Shown here piece after piece: positions 39,186 to 52,640 of a stretch of 64,000 nucleotides of DNA. Below the pieces are notes generated by a model. That model made no database searches, was not told the origin of the DNA, and saw only the letters and a program-made list of their open reading frames with translations. This DNA comes from Neocallimastix sp. 'constans' (lineage: Eukaryota): NCBI GenBank assembly GCA_050613775.1, contig JBODTK010000015.1, forward strand, positions 620,001-684,000, given 5' to 3'. A program made the position numbers and the translations under genes. How positions within the stretch are numbered: the stretch's first letter is position 1; every line of letters starts with the position of its first letter.

Positions 39186-41285
39186 TAAATTAGTAAATAA
39201 ATAAAATAAATCAATCCATATATTTTACGTTAAAAAAAAAAAAAATTAAAATAAATTATATAATAATACATATTTATTATTTTTCCTAAAAAAATTATTA
39301 GATCATATTTAAAAATAAAAATAAAAAAAAAAAAAAAAAAAGTAAAAATTATTAACTATTCCATTAAAAATTAAAATCTAAAAATAAAAATAAAATAAAA
39401 AAAAAAAATTAATATATATTTTTATATTATAATATGCATATATATTATTAATTTAAAAAATACATTGATATTATTTTTTATTTTTTATTAAAAATAAAAC
39501 TAAAACTAATAAAAAAAAATTCTTAATATATATATTTATTTTGATTACTATATAAAGAACATATGACTTTTCAGATTCATTATTAGAAAAGCAGAATACA
39601 GAAAAAAAAGGAATGACATATTTTAGAATCAGAAAAAAATAGAATTACTATAAGAAGTAACTAATCAACTCAAATTTGTATTGAATTAATATTGTATATA
39701 AAAGTCTTAAAAACAAAATTAATACTTTAAATTTATATTTTAGATATTTTCATCTTCTTTTAAATTTGAATCCACATTTAATTTGTTCAATCCAAAAAAA
39801 AAAAAAAAAACCAAAAGAATTGTGAACATTTTAGAGATAAACATTGAATATTTTTTTAAACCAAATTTAAACTTCATATATGTATCTAATTAATCTAATT
39901 TAGTTTTTTTTACAAAATAAATAAAAAAATCATATATAAAATTTTATTAATTAAGAGTTTCATTAATTTTTTTTTTTTTTTAAAATATTCATTATTATTA
40001 ATTTTCAATTTATTAAATGAGATTTTCGTATACTTATTAGAAAGGATTGATTTTTTATATTAAATTCTTTTTAAAAAATTTTTATTCTTAATATATATAA
40101 TAAAATTTTGAATATACATAGTAGAATTACAAATTTACTACTTTTACTAATTTATTTTTATTTAAAAAAATAAATAATTAATAGGTAAGATACAAAATAA
40201 TCAATAATAAAAATTTTTTTTCAAACTAGATTTTATTCCTTATATAACGTTGCTATAATGGTAACTAACAAAATGTTCTCAACTCATGTCTACAAAAAAC
40301 TTGTCATATATTTATTTATATATATAATATATGACGTTTCGGTACTAACATATTCATTTATATATATTATGAAAGTTAAAATTATTAATCTCATTTCTTT
40401 CAACTAATTAATATATTTTTTTAAATAAAAAAAAAAAAAAAATTTTTTTCAAATATAATTATTAAAATATTTTTAAATTTATCATTTTTTTAAAATAATA
40501 GTATAGTATAGAATGAATATAAAATTAAGAATGAAATTAATAACATAAATAATTCTATACTTTTATTTATTTTTCTATCCATAAGTCCCTTTAAATATAT
40601 GATGAACGTCTAAACCACTGAAGATAAAATATATATCCATAATATAAAATAATAGGAAAAAATATATATATTTTTAAAAATGATAATACGTTACATTGAT
40701 AAATAGATATTTATACTATTATTATTTTTAATTATAATAATAAAGTTAATTTTTTGTTTTATTTATTTACATTGAAAATGTTTTTTAATGATTGTTGGAA
40801 TTATTTTTAATGTTTTTCGTTCCAAATTTTAATATTTGGAAAATCTCAATTTTTTTTTTTTTTTTAATAAACTTTAATTAATAGAAAAATAAACATTTTC
40901 ATGGATTAGATTATATTTATTATCAAACCATGGAAATTTTTTGGAAGTTGCATTTCGAAACTTGGTTATAAATCAAAAGAAGGTGTACTTAACTAGATCA
41001 TTTATGTAAAAGTGACTTAAATTTTATTAAACAAATAAATATTTAATAAGTAATAAAATAATGTTTAATAATATTTAATTTTTTATTTTTCATTTTATTG
41101 AATTTAAAATAGAAATATGAGTATTGTAGGTATTAATTATAAAATTACGTCTAATCCAATGATGTTGGAAAACATAATCATAATATTATTACGCTAACAT
41201 CTAAAGAATTAAATTTTACTTAAATATATATGTAAATTTATTTACTTTTTATAATTATAATTATAATAATAATTAAGAATAATAA

Positions 41286-41386
41286 TAATTATGGTAATTT
41301 TTTTTTTTTTTTTAACGACTGTAGCAGGATTTCTCCCCAGTTGCACATTCGTAGACACACAATGGTTTATTACTAATTATGGTAAT
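41286..41386 (-). pseudogene. Short retroposed fragment resembling the 3' half of a tRNA-Ser, with poly-A tail and 13-bp TSD
   Basis: TAATTATGGTAAT at 41286-41298 and 41374-41386 flanks a poly-T run plus ~60 GC-rich nt. Minus strand reads AAACCATTGTG...AAATCCTGCTACAGTCG-TT-(A)n. Confidence 0.5.
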
Positions 41387-41862
41387 AATAATAATAATAA
41401 AAAAAAAAAAAAAAAAAACTAAATAAAAAAAGTGTTACATTCACGTACGAATAATTTTTGAATTTCATTACATATATTCAAGGAATGGACTCAATAACAA
41501 GTAGATAATAAAGCGGACCATCAGAGATTATCTTCTTCCCTGTCTAAAAAAAAAAAAAAAAAAAAAAAAAGAGATTATCGTATCTAAAAAAAAAAAAAAA
41601 AATTGTAACACATAATTAAATAAAAAATATATAAATAAATACGAAAGTTTATTCGAGCATATATTAATAGTAAAAATTATATAAAAATAATATATTACAA
41701 TTAAATAAATAATATATTTTCTTTATTATTACAAGGTTATTAATATAATACAATATATATCATTGTTAAATTATAAAATATATTAATATTATATTAATAT
41801 TATATTACATTTATAAAATAGAAATAAAAATTTGGAATTAAAAAGTTTATTAAATAGTAATT

Positions 41863-43007
41863 GGGAGTATTGCATTTCGACATAATTTATGTTTGATCAT
41901 TTATTCATGTATTACAATGTGGCTTGTAAAAATAAATGAATAGGAATAGGGTTAAATTTATTTTTATTTTTATTTTTATTTTTTTTTTTTTAATTTTAAA
42001 AACATTTACAGTAAAAAAATATATATATATATAACAAAGTAAATAAAAAATAAATAAAAAATAAAAAAGATAAATATTTTAATAAGACTTATTTATATAA
42101 ATATGATATTCAATATTGGAATTATTATAACGATATAAACCACATAACAAATAATACTTTAGAATCTTTTAACAATTACTTAAAAAAATTGTTTTACAAA
42201 AAACCTTCTTTATATGAATTGATTTATCATTTAAAAAGAGAAGAATCTTTATCTTACAATAATTACAAAAGGAAAATTGAAGGAGTTTGGAAAAAAAAAG
42301 AATATTAACAAAAACTGATGAAATCAATGATTTCATTAAAAAATATAAAAAAAAAGGAATCCGATTAATTGATAAAAAATGTGAAAAAATGATATCATTG
42401 ATTTATGGTATAAATGTTTAATAGAATTAAATACACTCTAAATATATGAATAATAATTAACTAGAATGTATATAGTTTAAATTATATTTATATCAATATC
42501 AATATATTTTATTAATATCAATATCAATATATTTTATTAATATCAATGTCAAAATATTTCATTAATATCAATATCAAAATATTTCATTAATATCAATATC
42601 AAAATATTTCATTAATATCAATATCAAAATATTTCATTAATATCAATATCAATATTTAAATTTTATTAATATTATAATAAATTTTATTTTATTATTAAAT
42701 TAATTTAATAATAAAATATATAATTTTATTTATTTTATTTGAATAAAATAAAATGGAAAGGTTTTATTATTAAAATATTTAATAATAAAATATAATAATA
42801 AAATAAAATTAAAAAAAAATAAAAATAAAATAAAATTCTCAACAGAAAACTTATTTATTCTTTTTTTGTTTTTATTTTATTTTTTTAATGCTAAAAAACA
42901 ATAAATAAAAATATACGTTGAAAATAGTGGCGTATTAAATATATTATACACATTGTACAAAATTTTATGATGATTATACATAAATTATGTCGAAATGCTT
43001 CGCGTTC
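41863..43007 (+). mobile_element. Non-autonomous deletion derivative (1145 bp) of the MULE at 20334-22787, opposite orientation
   Basis: Same termini (GGGAGTATTGCATTTCGACATAATTTATGT ... ACATAAATTATGTCGAAATGCTTCGCGTTC). 9-bp TSD ATAGTAATT at 41854-41862 and 43008-43016. Only the transposase 3' end remains after ~42075. Confidence 0.93.
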
Positions 43008-44958
43008 ATAGTAATTATAAAGATTTAAAATAAAATCATATGATTTGATCAATTAATGTAAATAATGAATATAATATAGATTTAAAAAATTTTAAAATAT
43101 ATTTATTATTTAAATTATATTTTTTAAAATATTTATTTTAAATATTTAATATATATAAAAATTCAATTTTTTATTTTTTTATTTAAAAAAAAAAAAGAAA
43201 TAACTTAAAAATATATTATTAATAAATAATGAGAAAGTTCAAAACAGAAGTAATTTTTAAAAATTATATTTAACAATTTTTGAAAACTAAAAATTAGCAA
43301 TTTATATACTATAAACATATTAAAGTTTTTATATTTTTTTATTAAATGATATTTATAATCTATTGAGATTTAGTAATTTTACAAGGGTTATGTTTTTTTA
43401 TATCTCTATTAAGTAATGAAATAATTATTATGAATATTCACTTAGACAAAGAATAATAAATATTATTAAATATTTTATATTTATTTTATGAAATAGAAAA
43501 AATGAAATTACCTTATCTAATTGAAATTACATAAATTTCTATATTTAAATTTATACTTATATTTAAATATATTAATTTTAAATATTACTAAATAATAATT
43601 ATTTCGAAAAGTAAATCAGAAGATATGATAAGAAGAAGAAATCAATCTCGTAATGAATTATCTTTCTTAAAAATATTATTATTATGAATAGTATTTTTTG
43701 AAAAAAAAATAATAAATCAATACTTAATTTATTATTATACATTTATTTTATAATATAATTAATTTTTAACCTTTCTGTAATATTTTTTTATTAAATTTGC
43801 AATGTTACTTCTGATAATTATTTACTCTAATATACTCTTTATAATATTTAATATTTTAATTTGTTATCAATAATAATTAAAAATATTTCTTTTAGCCATA
43901 TTAAAACAAAAAATAATAAATTAAATATTTCATTAAGCTACAGTAAAAAGCAACTATTCAAATTATAATGAATTAATATGAATTAATTACTATAATTTAT
44001 ATTAATATGATAAAAACTACTAAAATACTTTTAAGCCCTAAAATAGATATAAAAAATATATATTATATATACGTATATAATAAATTTTTCATATTGTCAT
44101 TATGTCCATTAAAATAGTTTAAATGATTTTATTTTATATATATATTAATAAAGCTTCCAATAATATTTTAAGGTAAATTAATCATTGTACTCTAAAATTA
44201 TAAAAAATAATTATATATGTATATAATTGAATATTTTAAAAAAATGAAAAAAAAAAATGAAATATATATATATTTTTTTTAATATATATATCATCATTAC
44301 TTTGTTACTTTTATATATATAAAAAAAAAAGTTTATTACATATATTAATAAAATTTTTATAAATATATATAAATTAATTTCTTTTTATATAGTCACTAAA
44401 CTATACATATGAAATAATACAATATTGATATGATTTATATGTAATTACTTCAAGTAGTATTCATACAAATTGCAAAGTTTTTAAAGTATATATATAAGTT
44501 TTATATTAATTCTTTAACTATTTAATTTTTGTTCTTTTATTCATTTTATTATTGTTTATAAAATAAATACATATTTACATGAGTTCATTTTTTATATCCA
44601 ATTTTAATTTTATATAATTTTTACCAATAATTATTAAATTCTATTAAAATATTATTTTTTGAGAAAAAAAAAATTTTATAAAAAATTATTGTTATGAATA
44701 AATTTAATATAATTTATATTTAACAATATATTAAAATATTTTAAGTCTTTTTATTTAATATAAATATTATATATATTCTTACAAATTTTATTTTTATTTT
44801 TATTTTTATTTTATTTTTATTTTATTTTATTTTATTATTATTTTTTTTTTTTACATTATATTATATTTTTAGTGAAGAAAATATAAAATTTAAAGTATTA
44901 TAGCAACTATAATAACAACAACAACAATAATAATAATAATATATAAAAAAAAAAAAAA

Positions 44959-45837
44959 ATGAATAAAACAAATAAAGAAAATATTAAACGTAAACAACAA
45001 GAATCATATATTGAACATATTCATTGTACTGTGGATAATCTTTTTACTAAAAGAGGTTATAGCCATGAAATTCGAAGAGTTCAAGAATATCAAGAATTTT
45101 TAGAAGAATATTCAAATGATAGAAATCTCATTTATGATTCTTTATTCTTAAAAAAAGAAGAAGATGTTGCTGTTTTACCTTATAAACCAGAAAATGCGAG
45201 ATTTGTCAATCGTCGATTTTCTGTTCAGTCTCTTATTAATAATAATAAATATAAACTTGAGCAGGCTTTTGCGATAGTTGCTCATTGCTCATTAAGTAAA
45301 TCGGGAAAAACGTATAAAAAAGTAATAAGTCTATTAAAGAAAGATAGAAAAACGAAAAAGGCTTTCAATGTTATAAAACCAGAAATAGCGGCAGATGACT
45401 ATGTAGAATTTAAATTTGAAACCAATCCCATATATCTCTACATTCCTATAATTAAAATAAGTAATGGGAAAACATATGCCTGTCAACCAATTATTAATCG
45501 CTCCTTCAAACATTATACCCAAAGGACGAAAGACAATCTTTTTGATATATTTAAAAGTGAAAATAAGATAGGAATGCTTTGTTATCATTACAAAGCTATT
45601 ATGGATCAAAATGAAATTGTGAAAAGTCCAGTTTATCCGTTAGATATCTATGAGATTAGCTTAAAAGATCTAAACTTTTCAAAGGAATATCCTATTGATT
45701 CCTTAATAGAAATTTTAATATTAATAAAAAATATTCAAAAAAATGTGAACAGGAAAAAAGAAAAAATGTACAAAAGACAAATACTAAATGATACTCCAAC
45801 AACTTTTTCCAGTAGTGAAACTTCAACAACAGAATAA
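44959..45837 (+). CDS. Hypothetical protein, 292 aa
   Basis: Uninterrupted ORF of normal complexity with a poly-A leader before the ATG, as seen for other genes here. No motif recognised. Confidence 0.75.
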   Translation: MNKTNKENIKRKQQESYIEHIHCTVDNLFTKRGYSHEIRRVQEYQEFLEEYSNDRNLIYDSLFLKKEEDVAVLPYKPENARFVNRRFSVQSLINNNKYKLEQAFAIVAHCSLSKSGKTYKKVISLLKKDRKTKKAFNVIKPEIAADDYVEFKFETNPIYLYIPIIKISNGKTYACQPIINRSFKHYTQRTKDNLFDIFKSENKIGMLCYHYKAIMDQNEIVKSPVYPLDIYEISLKDLNFSKEYPIDSLIEILILIKNIQKNVNRKKEKMYKRQILNDTPTTFSSSETSTTE

Positions 45838-46741
45838 AAGAAAAAATAAATGTAATTTATTTAAATAAACCTATTTCAAAAAAATATATATATATATATA
45901 TATATACACTTTTATATATTAATATAATATAATTTAAAATTTGATTTTGATTTTGATTTTGATGTAAAAAAAAAAAAAAAAATTTTTATCGGTTTCTTTC
46001 TATAATATTTAACTAATAGTAATTAATTTATTCTCTAATAAAAGAAATTTCGTTAAATGTATTTAATGAAATAAAAAAAAAATAAATAAATAGAATGAAA
46101 TATATACCTTTTAAAATAAAAATGAAGAATGAATATTTTATTGTATATTTCATATAAATAGACTACTAAATGACTATATATATATATACTTTATAATTAA
46201 GAAATTGATAATTATTAGAAATGACTCAATTTATAATGAAATTATAGTAGAATCTTAATATTTATTAAACATAACTAAATAAAAAATATATAATACCTAT
46301 AACAACTATTAAAAATTAATAATAATAATGATGATGATAATAAAAAAAAAAAAAAAAAAAATATTTTATATTTATGAAATTATTTTCATTTTATACATGT
46401 ATTTTAATAAATATTTTTAATTTTATTGTTCCTTTTATATTTCAATAAATATTTAAAAAAAATAAATAGAAAATTTACTAATTATTATATAATCTAATAA
46501 AAAAAAATTCTATTAAATATTTTTATTAGATAAAAATATAATAATCAATATACCTTTTTATAAAAAAAAATGTGAAAAAAAATATTATTATGGTATATTT
46601 CAAGTAAATAGACTAATAAATTACTTTTTTATTAAGAGAATGAAAATTACTAAAATTGATGTAATTTATTACATAATAATATTAGAAACTTTATATAATT
46701 AAATCCATAGAATAATAGACATTCATCTTATATTTTAATAA

Positions 46742-46772
<31 letters not shown>

Positions 46773-47653
46773 TAAAAAGAAAAAAGTATAAAAGGATGAA
46801 AGAAAAAAAAAATTTTTTTTAAAGTCAAAATCTAAATAATTTGAATTATAATAACATAATAATTGAGGTTATATATACAAATGAGTAAAGATTTTTTTTT
46901 TATAGATTCATTATTTTAAGTTTTTATATAATATTTAGAAATAAAAAAGAAAAAAAATTTTTATTTCTCATTTTTTCTTTTTTTCTTTTCTTTTTTTTAA
47001 AAAAAAAAAAAATAAAAAAATTAAGCTAAAGTTAAAAAAATTTAAATTAAAACATGCTTTTTTTTTTTTTGTGGGGTATATTTCATATATTTTTTTTTTC
47101 GTATTATTATTATTATATATATAAAAAGATGTAAAAAAGGAAAAAGAAAAATAAAAATAAAAAAAATTATTATTATATATATGGAATTTTTTTTTATTTC
47201 TTCAAAAAAGAAAATAGTGAATTATTATTAAATAGATATGAAAATAATTCATTAATTTAATTATTTTTTTATATAAAAGCTTTAATAAATAAAAATAAAA
47301 ATAATTGATATAATTATTATATAACCATTAAAACTGAATAATTAATAAATAAATAATAATAAAATAAAAAACAATTCATTAAATTTTTAGATATTTTTTT
47401 TTAATTATTTAAATTTATATTTTAATTTTTAACAACAACTGTCATTATAACATAAATTTTCATTTTTTCTATTTTTTATTTTTTTTATTTTATTTTATTT
47501 TATTTTTTTTTTGTTAAAAGTTAAAATTTATTTATTTTTTTTTTTTGTAATATATTTTTAATTATTATTAAAAACAATTATTTTAAGGTTTTTAAAAATT
47601 TTAAGCTGTACTAATTAATTAATTTTTTTTTTAATTGATATTAAAAATTGTTT

Positions 47654-47684
<31 letters not shown>

Positions 47685-48196
47685 TTTTTGTTGTTAATGT
47701 CAATTGAATTTAAAAAAGAAAAGTAAAAAAAAAAAATAAAAATAAATAAAAAAAATAATAGTAAATAAAATAATAATTATAATAATAATAGTAATAATTA
47801 CAATACTTAAAAAAAAAATTAAATAATGAAAAGTAAAAAAATAATGAATAATAAATAACTCTAATTTTCAGTATTTTTTTAAAATTTTTTTTAATGAATA
47901 AAGAATTATGGTTTAAAATAAAAATAAATTTATTTAATTAACGTTATGATAACTGATCTATTATAATTATAAAAGAAATAAATTATATAGATATTAACTA
48001 TGATTATTATTTTGTGATTTATTATGTTAAAATAATAAAAGAATATACATATAATAAAAATATATTTATTTTTAAAATAACTTCTATCTTATATATATAT
48101 TCTATTTCTTTTGATGTTTAAATTTTAAATAAATAAATGATAGATGAAAAAAAAAAAAAAAAAATAAAAATAAAAATAAAAATAAAAATAATAAAT

Positions 48197-50506
48197 ATGG
48201 CGAATCACAATTCTTTCAATTATATGAATTTACAATATTTTTTAAAAGATTATGGTTATGAAATAGAAAAAACAGATATTAATGAAATTTTATTAGATTC
48301 TATTCGAGAAAATGATATAACCAAATTAAAATTAATCATTGAATATACTGATCAAAAAAGCATTTCTTTAAATATTAATATACAAAATAATAATAAAGAT
48401 TATCCTCTTTTAATGGCTCTACATCATAGAAATGCAAATATGATTTCAGTAATAATAGAATATGCCAAACTACATCATATGATCCTAAATATAAATGAAC
48501 GAAATGAAAAAGGAGATTATCCTCTTTTATCAGCAATAAAAATACACGATGAAGTAATAGATAATTTAATCATAAAATATATTAAACAACATAAATATAA
48601 AATAAAAGAGTTATCATTTACCCCTGATTTCATTAGAGAAGTTTTAAAGAGAAAAAAATATTCTTATCTAAAATTACTTTCAACATATTATAAAATAACA
48701 AATTACATATTATCATTTCTAATTATTTATAAAAATAAACAAAAATTAACTGATGAAAAATTGAAGCAGATAATTCACAATGGAAAAGATCTCTTTCAAC
48801 TGAATGATATTATTATTGAAGAATTTAATACACCTTTAATTTATGCGTGTAAAGAAAATGATTTAACTTTAGTTCAACTGTTAATATCAATGGATTTGAA
48901 TGTCAATGGAAAGGATAAAGAAGGCAATACTCCTTTAAATATAGCATGCGATAAAAATAATTTTACTATAGCTAAAATTTTAATACAGAACGGGGCGGAC
49001 CTCAACTCCAAAAACTCCTCTGGTAACTATCCAATTTTTCAAGCTGTTTTAAATAATAATATAGAAATTGTTAAACTAATTATAAGGCATGCCAATAGCA
49101 ACAATCACTTCCTTTTGAATATTAATGATCAAGGATATATGAAAAATTATCCACTTCTATCTGCCATCAAATATAATAATGTGGAAATGGTTAAAGTAAT
49201 AATGAATTATGCTAATCAACACGATATAATTTTAAGTATTAATGAACAAAATTTGGAAGGAAATTTTCCTCTTTTATATGCTATCTATAATAATAATGAA
49301 GCGCTAGTAACAAACCTTATAAATTATGCCCTAAATAAAAATATACCTTTAAATATTACTAATAAAAATATTAATTTGGATTATCCCTTTCTTGTCGTAT
49401 GTGGTATTGAAAATTTAGAATTAATGAGATTGATAATAACTTATGCCAATGATCATCATATTATCTTGGATATATTAGGTCAGAATCGAATGGGGGACTA
49501 TCCCTTCCTAATAGCAATAAATAAAAATAATATGGAGATGATTAACACAATTATTGATTATGCCAATAAAAATAACATCATTTTAAATATTAATGATAAG
49601 CATCGATATATGATATATCCATTGTTAGATGCCTGTTTAAGCAATAATTATGAGATTGCTAAACTCATCATTGACTATGCCAAGAGTCATCATATCATTT
49701 TAAATATTAATGATCAAGGCGGGAATGGAAATTTTCCATTGCTCAATGCCACTGAAAATAATAATGTACAATTAGTTAAACTTCTGATGACATATGCCTA
49801 TGAAACTAACCAATTTCTAAATATTAATATATATAATATGTTCAATAAGAATTATCCGTTGTTAATGGCAACAGAAAAGAATAATCTTGAAATGATAAAA
49901 ATATTTATTGATTATTCGGATCACTATGGTATCCTCCTAAATTTAAATATGCGAAATAATTTTGGAAATTTCCCCCTTCTATATGCCATTGAAAATAATA
50001 ATATAGATATTGTGAAATTATTTATAGATTATGCCAATACTCATCAATCTTTTTTAAATATTAATGATCAAAATGAAATTTATAAAAACTATCCTGTTTT
50101 AAGAGCTATTTATCACAACAACATTGAAATAGTTAAATTATTAATGGACTATTCCACTCATTATCATTTTACTCTAATCATTAATGAACCTAATGAAAAT
50201 GGAGATTATCCCTTATTATGTAGTGTCAAAAATAATAATATAGAAATGGTTCAACTATTAATAGATTATTCCACAACCTATAATTTTATATTGATTATCA
50301 ATGAGCCTAATAAAAACGGTAATTATCCATTATTAAATGCAGTTAATAACAATAATACAGATATGGTACAAGTTCTAGTGGATTATGCTACTACTAAAAA
50401 TATTGTTTTAAATATATTTGAAGAAGTTCTACAATTAGCTTCAGAACACAATAATGCAGAAATAATTGAAATATTAAATAATTATTTAAAAACAATAAAA
50501 AAATAG
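48197..50506 (+). CDS. Ankyrin-repeat protein (~770 aa; alternative ATG at 48137)
   Basis: Canonical NTPLIYACK and GNTPLNIACD repeats, plus many ~39-aa G(N/D)YPLL.A..NNN.E.VKLL..YA......LNIN variants. Confidence 0.9.
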   Translation: MANHNSFNYMNLQYFLKDYGYEIEKTDINEILLDSIRENDITKLKLIIEYTDQKSISLNINIQNNNKDYPLLMALHHRNANMISVIIEYAKLHHMILNINERNEKGDYPLLSAIKIHDEVIDNLIIKYIKQHKYKIKELSFTPDFIREVLKRKKYSYLKLLSTYYKITNYILSFLIIYKNKQKLTDEKLKQIIHNGKDLFQLNDIIIEEFNTPLIYACKENDLTLVQLLISMDLNVNGKDKEGNTPLNIACDKNNFTIAKILIQNGADLNSKNSSGNYPIFQAVLNNNIEIVKLIIRHANSNNHFLLNINDQGYMKNYPLLSAIKYNNVEMVKVIMNYANQHDIILSINEQNLEGNFPLLYAIYNNNEALVTNLINYALNKNIPLNITNKNINLDYPFLVVCGIENLELMRLIITYANDHHIILDILGQNRMGDYPFLIAINKNNMEMINTIIDYANKNNIILNINDKHRYMIYPLLDACLSNNYEIAKLIIDYAKSHHIILNINDQGGNGNFPLLNATENNNVQLVKLLMTYAYETNQFLNINIYNMFNKNYPLLMATEKNNLEMIKIFIDYSDHYGILLNLNMRNNFGNFPLLYAIENNNIDIVKLFIDYANTHQSFLNINDQNEIYKNYPVLRAIYHNNIEIVKLLMDYSTHYHFTLIINEPNENGDYPLLCSVKNNNIEMVQLLIDYSTTYNFILIINEPNKNGNYPLLNAVNNNNTDMVQVLVDYATTKNIVLNIFEEVLQLASEHNNAEIIEILNNYLKTIKK

Positions 50507-50558
50507 AATATATACAAAAAAAATTAATAATTAATAATAATAATAATAAATAATAATA

Positions 50559-50592
<34 letters not shown>

Positions 50593-50954
50593 ATAATAAA
50601 AAAATAATAATAACATTAAAAATAACAATAATAATAAAATGAAATTAAAAAATAAAATAAAAAAAAAATAAAATATATATATATATATATAAATTAAATT
50701 ATTAAAAAAAATACTAATCTAATACTATTACAAAAGGTCAGTAAAAATTTTTATTTTTTATTTATTAAATTATAATTCAAAAGAAATAATTTAATTTCAT
50801 ATATTAATAAAGCAAATTATTTTAAAAAAGCTAATAAAAAATTCATGTATGAAAATGCTTATATTAAATATAATGATAATAAAAATAAAAAATATAATTG
50901 AGAGAATTTACTACGATTGTAATGAACTCAATAATATTAATTATTTCTATATTG

Positions 50955-51180
50955 ATTTGTATTTAATAATTCAGATTATTTCTATATTTAATATTATTTA
51001 ATAATTCAGATTATCTATATTTAATATTATTTAATAATTCAGATTATTTCTATATTTAATATTATTTAATATTTCAGATTATTTCTATATTTAATATTAT
51101 TTAATAATTTAATAATTTAAATTATTTCTATATTTAATATTATTTAATAATTTAGATTATTTGTATATTTAATATTGTTT
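50955..51180. repeat. ~30-bp AT-rich minisatellite
   Basis: atttaataattcagattatttctatatttaatatt-like units in tandem. Confidence 0.8.
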
Positions 51181-52640
51181 TTTTTTTTTTTTTTTTTTTT
51201 TTGTATATTGAATATTATATAATACATATTTGTTATTTATTAGAAATAATTATAAATAAAACATATTTTAAAGTCAATAAATAAGAAAAATATTAAATTA
51301 TTTTTATATATAAAACTTTGTGTAGATTTCTTTTAAACTAATTATTTAGGGGAATATATATATATATATATATATTGTTTTTTTTTTTTCATTATATTTT
51401 AATTTAATATTTTATTTTATTTTATTTAAATTACATTTTATAGCTATAATTTTATAATGTATACTATTTTTTAAATCCTTATTAGATTTGATGATTATAT
51501 TCTCTTGTGACAGATAAATTATATAATTAGAAGAATATTTATTATATATAATATTTTAGTTTTAATTTTATTTATATTTAAATGGTTAATATTTATTATT
51601 TTTTTATTTTTATTTTTTAAACTTATTTATTTTATTTTATTTTATTTTTATTTTATTTTTATTTTTTTCTCATGAATGAATTCTTTTCTTTTTCTCTGAT
51701 TTTCATTATTGAAATAGCATTAAATTCTTTCAATCTAAATATTGACATTTAAATTGCTGTTCATTTATCGAATCAATATTTTTTTTTTCAATAATTCTTT
51801 CCCACCCTTAAATTTTAAAAGATTTGATTAATTAAAAAAAAATAATATATTGAATAATATATTGAATAATATATTGAATAATATATTAAATAATAAAATT
51901 TTAATTGGAGGTAAAACTGATTTAATTAGTTTATGTTAATATAAATAATTAAATAGATTTATAATTATATTTGATAATTATTTATTATTTATATTAGAAT
52001 TAATATAATAGTATTAATTTATTTATAATTGGATAATAAAAATTTATAAATATTAAATTTTTATAAATTTTTATATTTAATATATTGTAATATATAATAT
52101 AAATATATTATAATATATTTTAATTAAAAATGAAAACTAAAAAAAATTTTTTTTTTAAAAATGGACATAAAAAATTAAACAAAAACTGAAATACCCACAA
52201 AAATAAAATAAAAAAAAAAACATATATATATATATATATAAATAAAATATTTCTATATTTTATATTTTATATTTTATATTTTATATTTTATATTTTATAT
52301 TTTATATTTTATATTTTATATTTTATATTATATTTTATATTTTATATTATATTTTATATTTTATATTTTATATTTTATACTCTATTTAATGAAGTGAAGA
52401 ATTAAATACTGTATTTGAGAATTTATAATAAATCTTTTGTATACTTTAAGAAATATCAAAAAGAATAATATTAAAATTATATATAAGATACTATTTTAAT
52501 ATTATAATATTTATATAGTTAATTATTATATATTTATTTATATATTTATTAAATTTATTTATTTATTATTAATTTATTTATTTATTTATTAGGTTTACTA
52601 ATTTTTACCAATTATTGTTTAATTTTTATGATTATAGTAT

